A DNA stretch of 63,740 nucleotides, filler included, from Folioceros fuciformis (taxonomy: Eukaryota), in the NCBI GenBank assembly GCA_049999805.1. It is 7 parts of 7 records of this genome, joined end to end, with 100 filler letters (N's around TTAATTAATTAA, not from the genome) between each part and the next. Parts side by side here need not be neighbours in the genome. Positions count along the whole stretch, not along the records: positions 50,668 to 54,040 come from JBNGIO010001920.1; positions 54,141 to 62,427 come from JBNGIO010001921.1; positions 62,528 to 63,740 come from JBNGIO010001942.1; 4 more parts are not named here. The stretch is one strand, 5' to 3'. Of the stretch, positions 52,076-63,740 are shown in pieces. The notes beneath the pieces are model-generated. The model saw nothing but the letters and a program-made list of their open reading frames with translations. It did no database searches and was not told the origin of the DNA. The position numbers were made by a program, and so were the translations under genes. Position 1 is the first letter of the stretch; the number at the start of each line of letters is the position of its first letter.

Positions 52076-53902
52076 GCGCCGTAGTCGCCACGACCCACCA
52101 TATGGTGTCACCAAACTAAGGGTGTCACCCCCGCCATACCCAAGGCTATTGCCAAAGCACAAAGCCCCGGCCTGTGGCAAGGCTTAGGCCCTCTATCACC
52201 CCTGCACGGAGTGAGAGCAAAGACCTTGTGCCTCATGCCCTCGCTCCACACGAGGGCTAAGGTCATGTGCCATAGGTCAAAATCTAAACTCAACCCAAAA
52301 TTGTTGGGAGTCCACCTGAATCGTTTATCTTAGGGTCGCTTTCCATGTGTAAATGGATAAATACGTTTTAGGGCACTTTCCATGTTCCATAACAACATAT
52401 ATGTGGCCAAAAAGTGCCGGACGAAACGCTGCTCCGGGTGGTGCATGTCAAAACTAGTTCTTTCCCACCGCGAGCATCTCAGAAATAGTTCTTTGTTGTT
52501 AGCGCGATCATGGCTGATCGTCAAGACCACCCGATTCTCGCAGCTATGATGGCCGTTGTGGTCACAATCCCAAGCACCCAGTACACAGCGTCGCAGTTAC
52601 ATCTACAAGCAAGCTTAGTGCCTACGAAATGTCCACATTTGTGTTCTTCTTCCCCTATGAGAGTGCCAAATGAGTAAGGCACCCTTCTCACCACAATGTT
52701 GCTGCTCGTATGCACAGCTACTCAATTGTACTGGAAGCTTTAGAGAAGGGTCTCGTGCTTCAAGCAACTGTGAGAATTGAAGAAGAGAAACTGGTGACCG
52801 TGGTTTGATGTAGTACAATTGTTGTTTTTCCAAGACATTCGTGTTGGTGGAGGTGCAGGCAATGGAGCAAAGGGAAGAGGAGGTCTATGTGGAACTACAG
52901 AAGGCAATGGAGACCTCTCAGCGTGATGCTGCTGAGAGGAAGGCAAAAAAAATTGTTGTGATTGAAGGGGAGGTTGCTGAGAATCAAGAACCAAGGGCTG
53001 ATTGAATGCCATTGTTGATTCTGCACCTCCGGTATGCTACATTACACCGTGACAATCTTTGCAATGAAGAAAAAACAATGTGGCTACTCTACAAAGTGAC
53101 GGGATGTACCGGGGAAAGGCATTGCCCATAGCCCGTAAGGGCACCAAATGTTGGGTTGAAAAGTGGAAAGGAGGGTTGGGGAGGGCCAAAACTAATTGGG
53201 GAATCTTTCCTCCCTCCAAAAGGAGACTGCCCTATTTTTAGTAGTTTTTGTTTTGTTTCAGAGCGGCGCTTATCCTACACCTCAAATAAGGTTCGGCAAG
53301 TTTGCTATGGTTTTTCATTTTTGAGCGGCAAATGTTGTGGCAAGCACCACATTGGTCATATGTAAAGTGTTAAGAAAAAGTTCTAACATCCATATGTTCC
53401 ACCTACATCTCTTACCCTAGCTTGCAATTTCATACATTTTAGAGTTAGCATGCTTGAAAAAATCTTGGATAGAAGCCCAAAAGGTATGCAAATGGAGCAT
53501 AGTGCAATACGGTCGTTGAGCACGTATAGTAGCCTACCATACTTGCCTCCTTAACAAACATCCTTAGGGTGTTTGTTAGACGATGCTTATTTTTACATGG
53601 TGATCCCTATGATGTAAATTTGCGTCTGTAATGTAGATAAGTAGATATAGCAACCAAATACTCAATTCAATGAAATAATGCCATAATCATCATGGTGTTA
53701 AAAGAGCCTTGAGAGACATGGAATCGTAACTAATTAGTTAAGTTAACAAGTAATAACCCTATCAACATTCATTGTGCTATAGGTAAAGATTTGTCCGAAT
53801 TTTCTAAGGCCTTATAATACTATGCTAAGGTTTATCATAATTGCAAGAATGGGTTAGTCTCCCCTTTATTGCACGGTTGCTTCCTTCTAACAAGGGATTT
53901 TT

Positions 53903-54040
53903 ATCATTTTCATCATTTTGTTTTAGGATTATGGCCAAGATAATGTATAAAATGACAAGAAGCACAAAAGATCATTTTCATCATTTTGTTTTAGGATTAT
54001 GGCCAAGATAATGTATAAAATGACAAGAAGCACAAAAGAT
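53903..54040. repeat. 68-bp perfect tandem repeat at contig end
   Basis: atcattttcatcattttgttttagg...gcacaaaag x2, running into the gap. Confidence 0.9.
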
Positions 54041-54140
54041 NNNNNNNNNNNNNNNNNNNNNNNNNNNNNNNNNNNNNNNNNNNNTTAATTAATTAANNNN
54101 NNNNNNNNNNNNNNNNNNNNNNNNNNNNNNNNNNNNNNNN
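54041..54140. other. Artificial contig linker
   Basis: N-TTAATTAATTAA-N. Confidence 0.98.
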
Positions 54141-54734
54141 GAGCTGGAGGGGAGCCCTCGAATCCATCATCGAGTTGATCAAGTCCGCCCCTCCATCCAC
54201 AGCAGCAAGGAACCCCATCGCTCCTTCGTGGGAACAAAACCCAATGTCTCAACGACAGTGGGATAAGTGTGGCCACTAAAGGTGGAACCCGTTGGCAATC
54301 AGTGCCCGGGGTTTTGCCTCACATTGCGCAAGGCCGAACTTTCATGGTTCTAGTTCTAATTGAGGAGGTTCCAAGCCTAGAAGTCCTCCAAAAAAGAACA
54401 ATAACTAGAAAACTAAAAGACCAGATAACTATAATTACTATAGCATACATGGTCACTAGGCATGTGACTGTCGGAAGAAGCAAGCCAATAAATCTTGCAA
54501 CGAGACTTCATCTAGCGTAGCTAGTAACGTAGTGGTGAATAAACAATCCACTCCCTCTATTCTCACAGTTTTGACAAGGGATATTGCTAACCCACATGTT
54601 CAACTCCTTTGCCTGTGTACAAATGCATTCACCAAACATTCAGGTGAACGATATTTAGATACATGCGCAACCGCGCTTATATGTTGCGACAAAAATGTGT
54701 TCAATACAGACTGGTTAGTGAAAGACGAGTATGT
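54141..54734 (+). mobile_element. Highly degraded copia gag/protease fragment
   Basis: Degenerate zinc knuckle (HGH*ACDCRKK) and protease remnant YLDTCATALIC. Confidence 0.55.
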
Positions 54735-56695
54735 TGTCAGCCCCAAAATACCTATCGGAGCTCTACTCCTATAGCCCACCGGAGTTATTTTCTGCAGTCC
54801 GACCAAATTAGGTGGACTAAAGAAAAGTTAGTAGTTACAACGGAGTCAAGCTTTTGGAGTATGCAACATGCTGAAGCCTGTCCCACCAAATCGACCACCG
54901 GACTAACAGTCTGGATAGTCCGATCAAGAACGCGTACCTTGACATCATGCAGGTGGCGGGGCGTAACCGCCACGGACGGTTGCAGATGTACCTACGCTGG
55001 ATCATAAGTGCTTACTCTTGGCTTACTCTTGCTTACGCTGGCTTATACGCCCCATCTCCCTTGACCTCCCTCTCGCTTCCCGCCCCTCACTCTTCTTTCA
55101 TTTTGTCACTCTAACTCTCCTGCGCTCCTCTTGCTCTCGCGACATCTCCACGCCCGCTTCTAGCCATGTCATAGCAGCTTCCATCCCCACCCTCAGTGCC
55201 TTCCAGACTTCCACCATGTCACCACGGCAATTCTTGGAGATCGGCAACCCTTGGAAGCTCAACGGTGAGCACATCCAGACGACATCCTACGCAAATTTGG
55301 CTCTCTGGCTCACTGCGGCCGGCGACTTGATGGAGCAGTGAGAGCTTGAGGTCTTCTAGTTTCCGTGGGGCATCAATTCCCTTGCCATTGTTCGGGAGTT
55401 CGCCAAGACCATGCTAGCCTGCGCTCATGGTAAGGCTATTTCGGCCAGAGTTTGAGACAACCCCACGCTTTAGACAATGCAAATGATGTGGGATGTGTAC
55501 AGGAGGCTAGCGGAGAAGTGCGGAAGCCTCTATCTCACCTTGCAGTGCAGCAAGGACAAGGTCAAGGAGGCGACAATGGCACTCCTATAGGCGGACTTCG
55601 TGAAGACCACCAACTGGTGGTTAATCCACAATATTCTAGACCCAAGGATCCAAGTAGTAGCCAGGCTTATTGTCAGCCCCAAAAATAAAGGAGAGCTCTA
55701 CTCCGATGAAACCCCGGAGTGTTTTTCCGGAGTCCATTCAAATTAGACGAACTAAGGTAAAGTACCAGTTAAGCCAAGTCTTTGGAGTAACCAGCATGCC
55801 ATAGTTCACTCTGTCAAATTAGCCATCGGACTGACTGTCAAGATAGTTCGATCAAGAACATGTGCTTTGACAATCATGCGGATGGCGGGGCGTAGCTGCC
55901 ATGGACGGTTGCAGGTGTATCAAAATTGGAGCATAAGCGCTTACTCTCGTCTTACTCTTGCTTACGCTAGCCGATACGCTCCATCCCCCATGACCTCCCT
56001 CCCGCCTCTTACTACTCACTCCTCACTCTTCTTCCACTCTACCGCTTCGACTCTCCGTGCTTCCTTTGCCTACGCGTCTGCCCCCTGCAGCGGCAGCCTC
56101 CACCCTCACCTTCACCTTTGCCTGCGCTTGCACCTTCACTAGCGACGCCGCTCTAGTCATCAGCATGTCGAGGGGACAGTTCTTGGAAATTGGCAACCCC
56201 TGGAAGATGAACGCCAACCACATGCAGACTAGGTCCTATCTCAACCTGGCACCCTGGACCACAGTGGCTGGCGATTTGATGGAGCAGTGGGAGCTCATCT
56301 TCAAGTTTCCCTTGAGGATCAAGTCTCTTGCCACAGTCAGGGAATTTGCCAAGACCCTACTAGCCTGCGTGCATGGGAACGATGGGGCCAGAGTCTGAGA
56401 CAACCCCACCCTTTGGACAGTCCACATGATGAGGGAGGCCTACCGGCGACCATTGGAAGATCGTGGAGGACTCTACTTCAACTCGCAGCGCAACAAGGTC
56501 AAGGAAGTTGCGGTGGCACTCCTACAGGCCAACTCCACAAAGACCACCAATGGGTGGTTAATCCATGATATCGAGGACCCAAGAATCAGGGGAGTGGCCA
56601 GGCTCATTGTCAATTGGCTGCTTGTGACCAAGACGGATCATATCGCGAATGGAGTTCTTCTCCTCCTCTATGGGCTGGCCCGGGGCAACTCTTAA
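54735..56695 (+). mobile_element. Two tandem diverged ~0.94-1.0-kb TE units beginning TGTCAGCCCC, each with a disrupted accessory ORF
   Basis: Units start at 54735 and 55671. Homologous ORFs from ATG 55216 and 56165 (QFLEIGNPWK...VREFAKT). Confidence 0.7.
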
Positions 56696-59600
56696 ACCTT
56701 AGGGGTTATTATAACCACGGGTTCTAGTTACCTAGTTACTTAGATTAGGGTTAGATGTATATTGAAGGGTTATTCATAGTAACACTTAGAGTTTAGTATT
56801 TAAGGACAACTCTTTGTGAACATATTTTATTATTCATCATTCTTGATTGTTAAGTTTGCTCTTTCTCTAGTAGTAGTTGACATGGTATCAGAGCATGTAT
56901 GATATATTTTAGTTGCATTGATTTCTATGACAGGAATCACTATTAAGGAGTATAGGATGCGACAATGTGCATCATCTAATATGGCTACCATGTGTAGATC
57001 CTACACATTATCGTCCTATACTTCTCATTAGTTTCTTTCTTTCATAAAATTGAAAATCATTCTTTTGTGCCAATTCCATAAATGGGGAATACAACACATA
57101 TGTACTTCCTAATTTCCTATAGGCACGTAAAAACGTTTCCGCTGCATTGCTGATAGAGATATGCAGAATATATCGTTGGTGCAAAATGCCTCGTAGGAAC
57201 AGGAATAGGGAGCCTGGCACGCGAAGTTTCTTCAACTTTATCACTGATAGGCACGTGAGGGAAAGTGATCGCCAGAGGCATTCAACACAAATTCCCACAA
57301 ATCCTCCAGTAACAAGAACTTCACGAGCCGAGGCCCGCACGCGCCACAGGCCCCTGACTTCTCCAAATTATCCTAACATAGAAGTCAGATTTAGGATACC
57401 GCAACAGGAGAGACGAAACTCACAAAATAGTTGTGAGCAACCATCTGGGCACAACCTCGCAGTGGAAGCCTCTCGGCTTCACTTGGTTAGTGAGGTGCCT
57501 GATGAACCTGTTGCTAACCTAGGGGACCTCCAAATGATGTTGTACAGGCATACGATGCAAACACAAGCTCTTACAGGGCAAATTTTCCTAGAAATCAACA
57601 AGATTTAGGAACAATTGAGTACATTGGTTAAGAGATTTAGTGAAGATCTTGAGATTTGCAATGGCCCCATAGCCCACGACTATCGCCGCATCATTTTGTG
57701 ACCTAAGCAGGCACTGCCCGATCCCTTGTTTGGCAAATTTGCAATCAAGCAAGGAAAATTCGAAGCGTCGTGAGTAGGGTCTTTCAAGTGTTTGTGAAAG
57801 GATGGGAATCCAAGCGACATGCATCAGCTATGGGATGGGATTTCAAGCGGCACCAACTTGCCGTTTGGCCTCCTAACCGCTTGCCATTTGAGACTCTTGG
57901 AATTTTGTCTCCTATCAACATCACACAATTAGAAAGAAACCATTTTTTGACTCTACACCAAAAGCATGGCTGAAAACTCTAGTGACACGGGTTTAGATGC
58001 TGATGATGATCTCAGGCTCTTCACTGGAGATCCTGAGTCTGCTGCAGGCACTACCCCTAGTGCAGGTGCATCCATGGCCGCAGGCGTCTCCTCAAACTTG
58101 AGCTCTCCATGGAGCACACAGAGAGCTCAGCACCTTCATGCCTGCAGCAAAATCGGCAGGACACTCAGGAATGAGTAATTCCAGCAATTTTGCAGGCACA
58201 TCAAGTCAAAGTAACGCTGGCATGTTCAGCAATTTTTCCACAGGATCATACTTCACTGGAGCCAGAGCAACTTTTCCTACTGTCCAAGCGTCTGGTGCCT
58301 CATCCTACCCAAGTTTCTCCATTGCATGATACTTCAACCCCCTGCCATCCCTCGGAGTGGGACATGGGAATCCTTTGCCTACACTAGGAGCTGGATTCTC
58401 CAATCCCCTGTCGGGATATGGAGTCGGGTATGGAAATCCCGTGGGTGGGCAAGGAACAGTGCTCGGACAAGGGCCTATGCCTAGACAAGGGCTTCCGCTT
58501 CCACCTCTGCCAGGCACATCGCTGGCATAGCAGGCACAACAGGCTGCTCTCTTGCCCTCCTTCGCATACCAGCCAACCTACACAATAGAATTGAAGGAAC
58601 GTGATAGGTTCAATGGAACTAAATACCCTCTGTGGAGCGTCCGCATGCGCGCAGCCCTTGATGCTTGGCATGTGTGGGACATCGTGAGTGGGCAGTTCCA
58701 ACAACCTGCTATTACTTCTTCTCAACCTGATCAGGACAGATGGGAGAATGCTAATATTGTTGTACACGCACTCATAATAAGCGGGCTGGACGAGGTGTTA
58801 GTGCCTGATGTGCCCTTCCTCACCAAGGCCAAAGACATCTGGACACAATTGTTACAAACAGACGATGTTAAGAACGTGCTTACCTTGTGTGCTGTCAGGA
58901 GTGGGCTCTTCACTCTGCGCATGTGGGAAGGGGACAAGGTTGTTGCTTTCGTGATAAAGTTCAGACAACTTCGAGCCAACTTGATCTCTCTTGGCTTTCC
59001 CATGTCCGAACTTGATGAAGTTGTACAGCTTCTAACAAGCCTCCCTGCCAGCTACCAGTCTTTTGTCACCAGTTATGGTGCCACACTTAGAGATGCTGGC
59101 AAAGCTACTATAGCAAGACAACCAGTCATGATCAGCTTTGCAGATGTAGTTGGCGCCCTCTTCCAGGAAGAGTAGTCTCGTCAACCCCATTCCAACTCTG
59201 GTCGTATCAAAATCAACAAAGTACTTTTTACAACTAAATTCAAACCACAAGGCAGAGGCAAACACTTACCTGTAGCTGGGTCTTCGAAAGATTCAAGGCC
59301 AGGACAGATCAAAAGGTAAGGCTCCTACAACTAGTGTGGTTCTCTCGGTCACTGGGAACGAGAGTGTAGGAAGAAGAAATCTGGAGAACTCAAAAAGGCT
59401 GAGAAAACTAACAGAACGTTTGAGGCTCATGTGGTTTTCAAGGACAAGCCGACAAAGGCCTCTTCAATTGGCAAGCAACCTATGGTATTGATTGTTTGCC
59501 TGTTTGCAACTTCCAGGCTTGATGATGCCTAATATCTTGATTTAGGAGCAATAGCACACATTTGCCATAATAGAAAATTGATGAGTAATTTCACTCTTCA

Positions 59601-60728
59601 CATAGCTGAAAAAGTTCTTCTGGGAGATGAACTCACTAGGACAGGTCTGAAAATTCTTGGTTGTGGCACTTGCTCTTTGCGGCAGTCCAATGGCCAGATT
59701 TTCCAAATTGACAATGTCCTCATTGTACTTGACATGGCAAAGCACCTACTCTCCGTTAGCCAATTGATGCAGCTCAAAAATTTTGAGCTTAAATTCACTG
59801 CTACTAGATGCACACTTAGCGAGTCTAGATCCTCGTTTGTTGTTTCCTAGGGCTTACTTGTGCAGGATTTATACAAGCTAAACATGCAGTGTCTCCCTGT
59901 TAAAAGTGTCCATCTTGTTGCTCGGTCTCAGGCTGCTTTAGCACAACTCTGGCATGCTCGCCTTGGTCATGCTAACAAGGATAAGTTGGTTAAAATTTCC
60001 AACTTGGAATGTTATTGGGAGCCTCTTCCTAAGTGCTGCCAAGACCTTCCTCTTTGCGATACATGCATAGTGGCCAGGCAAAAGAGTTACCTTTTCTTGC
60101 TACTTTGGCTCATAGGTCTTTTGCTATACTGGACCTTTTACATGCAGACATCTCTGGGAAGTTTCATGTGCAGTCCCTGGGAGGTTCTCTTTACTACCTC
60201 ACACTTACCGACGATTTTAGTCGGTATTCTTGGACATACCCACTCAAGTGAAAATCAGACACTTTCTTGCCATTCCAAGAGTGGCTCACAATGATACATA
60301 GACAAACTGGGACTCACCTCTGCTGCTTAAGATCAAGTAATGGCACAGAGTTTGTGAATGCCGTTTTTTATGAGTATCTTGTAGCTCAGGGTGTCGTCCG
60401 CCAGCTCAGTGTTCCATACACCCAGCAACAAAATGGGATAGCAGAACGATGCAATCAGACTCTCCTCAGTATGACTCGGAGTATGTTGGCCTGGTCAGGG
60501 CTCAATAAAGCTTACTGGGCAGAGGTAGTCGTCACTGCCTCCTATATTCTCAATTGGCTACTCACTTCTGCAGTCCCTGACCGAACTCCTTTCAAGATGA
60601 TCTGGAAATGCAAACCTAGTTTGCTTCACCTTCGAGTATTCGGTTCACCTGCCTACACTTACATTCATGAAGAACAGCGTAGGAAGCTTGAGGATAGGGC
60701 TCGACCTTTCGTGTTTGTTGGTTATGGT
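56692..60728 (+). mobile_element. Ty1/copia element (same family as 16580-21468): partial 5' LTR, PBS, gag, protease, integrase; truncated by nested insertion
   Basis: LTR end TTGACA at 56882, then PBS. gag RFNGTKYPLWSVRM and LLTSLPASY, LWHARLGH, LHADISG and YTQQQNG motifs. Confidence 0.92.
56883..56894 (+). other. Primer binding site for initiator tRNA-Met
   Basis: TGGTATCAGAGC immediately after the LTR-terminal CA. Confidence 0.9.
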
Positions 60729-62378
60729 TGAAGGACCGCTAGAGGAGCTGCATGGTGGAGGAGGAGGCGAGGAGGAGAGGAGAAAGACAGGTCACACTCT
60801 CAATGTCTCAATATGCAAGGGAGCAAGGGGGTTTATATACCCTCTAGAAGAGCTCCCTAGGAAGCTTCACAAGAAGCGCATAGAAACCTGCACAAGAAGC
60901 TTCCTACAGATTAGCTTAAGCTAATCTAAACTACCTATACTTAACTATATACTAGTCTAAGCACATTGGGCTTTAATAACCCTACAACCTCCCACTTAAA
61001 AGGCCAATTTACCTACATAGGAGAGTGGTCTACCTCATGCCCATGAGTGTCCGAGCTTGTGCCAATTGCTCCGTAGAGAGCCCCTTGGTAAGAACATTTG
61101 CAGGGTTCTGACTAGTGTGAACTTTGACAAGCTGTACCCTGTCTTCCAACACCTCTCGAATGGAGTGATACTTCACTTCCACATGTTTGGTCTTCGCATG
61201 AAACACTGGATTCTTCGCCAATTGGATAGCACTTTGGTTATCACAATGCAACACTGACAGCTCAACCTTGATCCCCAAATCTCCCACTAAACGAGCAAGC
61301 CACATGGCTTCCTTGCACGCCTCAATCGTTGCAACATACTCGGCCTCTGTGGTACATAGCATTATGCACGATTGCGAACAAGATCGTCATGAGACTGCCC
61401 GTCTAGTGCACATGAAGACATAACCTGATGTGGACCTCCTTTTGTCCATATCCCCTGTATAATCAGCATTCGTATATCCCACTACAAATGCATCTTCACT
61501 ACCAAAACATAAGCACAAAGCTTTTGTACCATTCAAGTACCTCATAACTCCTTTCCCAGCCTCCCAATGCTTCCTCCTAGGGTTTGACATAAACCTACTA
61601 ACCACTCCCACTGCAAAAGCAATGTCAGGTTGTGTAGCAATCATTGCATACATCAAACTCCCTACAATTGATGAGTATGGAACCTTCTCCATTTCAACTT
61701 TGTCCTCCGCAGAACTTGGGCAATCCTTGCTCGAAAGTTTCACATACGGAGGCAATGGAGTACTCAATACCTTCCCCTTCTCCATATTGAAATGTTGAAG
61801 CATCTTGTTAATGTATTCAGTCTGAGACAAGTAAAACAAATGCTTGTGTTTGTCTCAACGAATATGCACGCCAAGAATATGTCTTGCCTCTTCCAAGTCT
61901 ATCATGTCAAAGCGAGCATTCAACTTTGACTTCAACGCTGAAATCTCATCACTGCTATTCCCAATAATTAGCATATCATCCACATAAAGGACCAGAATGA
62001 GCAAGCTTCCATCCTTAGCTTGCTTCGTATAGAGGCAATGATCCTCCTCGCCACACTTGTAGCCTTGAGAAAGAATAAAGAGTGGGACTTGTAATACCAC
62101 TCCCTAGGTGCCTGTTTCAAACCTTAAAGGCTCTTTTTTAACCTGCACACCAGATTCTCTTTGCCTTTCTCTATAAAACCCTCTCGTTGATGCATGTATA
62201 CCTCTTCTTGGAGATCACCATGCAGAAATGCCGACTTCACATCCATCTGGACAAGTTCCATGTCGTTCCTCGCAACCAGAGCAAGAACACATCGCAAGGT
62301 GGTCATTTTGACAACTGGTGAGAAAATCTCATCAAAGTCAATACCTTGCTGTTGCTTAAAACCCTTAGCAACCAAGCC
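60729..62378 (-). mobile_element. Ty1/copia element (Tnt1/Tork-like RT and RNase H plus 3' LTR 60729-60986) inserted antisense into the previous copia
   Basis: LVAKGF..GIDFDEIFSPVVKM, QMDVKSAFLHGDL, LYVDDML, YSSIVGSLMYAM and FHAKTKHV motifs. PPT AAGTGGGAGG; LTR TGTAGG...CCTTCA with TATATAA. Confidence 0.93.
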
Positions 62379-62427
62379 TATGTCATGCTGTTGCTGTATG
62401 GGAAACAGAGCACCTAAGACTCTATGA

Positions 62428-62527
62428 NNNNNNNNNNNNNNNNNNNNNNNNNNNNNNNNNNNNNNNNNNNNTTAATTAATTAANNNNNNNNNNNNNNNNN
62501 NNNNNNNNNNNNNNNNNNNNNNNNNNN
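62428..62527. other. Artificial contig linker
   Basis: N-TTAATTAATTAA-N. Confidence 0.98.
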
Positions 62528-62587
62528 GTGTATTTAGTGTGCCTCTGCGCGCTGGTTCAGTCTGCCAAAAATAATTGAAGTCCACCT

Positions 62588-63090
62588 GGAACCTACAATG
62601 GCGCTACAGCGGCCGCTTGTTGCAGGTCTGTAGGCGCGCATGTTGCTTTTTCATCCTTTTGCAGTAATTACAAAGATAAAACGACGGACCTACAATGGCG
62701 CTACCGCTGCCGCTTGTCGCCGCTCTGTAGCCGCGGATGTTGCTTTTTCATCATTGTGTAGTAATTCCAAAGATAAAACGACACGTTTCCATCCGATAAG
62801 TGGGATATTACCCTCTGTCCAGAAATCGCGGAGAAGAAGAGGAAACAATCTTTCAAAAGAAAAAGTAGACATGGGAAAGCAAGAGAAAGCAAGCATATGG
62901 AAAAGCCAAAAAAAGAAGCATCTTGGAAAAGGACAAAAGCAGGTATGGTGTGAAAACATCCTCTTATCTATTTTAGGAAAACAAGAAAAACAGAAAAGCA
63001 GGTATGGTGTGAAAAAGTCCTCTTATTTATTTATAATAGGAAAAAAAAGTATAAAAACAAATATGGTGGAAAATATTTTTTTTATTTAAA
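62588..63090. repeat. Diverged tandem repeats (~98-bp unit x2; aaaagcaggtatggtgtgaaaa-type unit), likely TE subterminal region
   Basis: acctacaatggcgctac...atgttgctttttcatc...aagataaaacgac occurs twice, followed by A-rich repeats. Confidence 0.65.
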
Positions 63091-63740
63091 ATCAACAAGA
63101 TGGGAAAATCATCTATCCTTACGGAGGAAGATAAACCATGATAGAAACACAAGAGGATAAGGATACTAGGTGCCATCCCTTAAGTTTAATGACTATCAAT
63201 AGCACCTAAAATACTATGGTTCGAGAGGAGAAAAAGTCTACCTACTACAGAAAGGTCTAGAGTTGCTCATGCCACCTCTCCTGCGAATGCAGGTACGGTG
63301 TGTTCATATCTATCTATGTTGAAAAGGAGCCATATCACCTGGTAATCAAAATTCACCATGGTGATGCTTGCAAGCTTGTCACTCACCATGATAACCTTCA
63401 TTCACTTGATCCTCTCGCATACATTTTCTTTCCTTTATACTAGGTTTGCATGAGGCAATAAATCTCAGCAAATCATAGACCAAACCATGGTTAGGCTTCA
63501 TATTCTAGATTTTTTTTAAAATTTAGGTTAAATATATATCATATTTATAATATTATGTCAATTTATATTATTTCATGGGAATTAATTTCACACATGAGAA
63601 CATAGAGGTAATGTACTCCAAATTGATTGAGCTCAAAGTTTCATGATAGAGACAAGGTTCATCAATGTCCATAGGGTACTTGAAGTAAGGACATGTCAGC
63701 ATGGTCTCCAATAAAGGATTGTATTTCACAAGCCTGTTTG

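Overview
Eukaryotic (plant nuclear) DNA. It is not one locus: seven contigs are joined by six artificial 100-bp N-TTAATTAATTAA-N stop linkers. Short (~70-120 nt) GT-AG introns, GC-rich exons and tight gene spacing suggest a compact non-seed land-plant genome (hornwort-like; inference). Recognisable host genes: LISCL-type GRAS TF (partial), SPT2 (premature TAG), proteasome assembly chaperone PAC4, CAF1 deadenylase, DNA primase large subunit, acetyl-CoA acetyltransferase, YAK1 kinase, TBL12/13-like O-acetyltransferase (partial), BolA2 and an organellar ABC-F protein (partial). There is also a ~628-aa orphan with [DE]AAKP repeats, a coiled coil and a HEPN-like C-terminal motif. The rest is decayed transposons: four Ty1/copia elements or fragments (nested), a PIF/Harbinger, a hAT fragment and an ORF-bearing ~0.94-kb tandem unit. 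The most notable observations are the orphan protein, a U12-type intron in YAK1, presequence-like extensions on thiolase and BolA2, an extra 5' ORF in a copia, and a TAG shared at the same gag codon by two diverged copia copies. No new system can be established from sequence alone.
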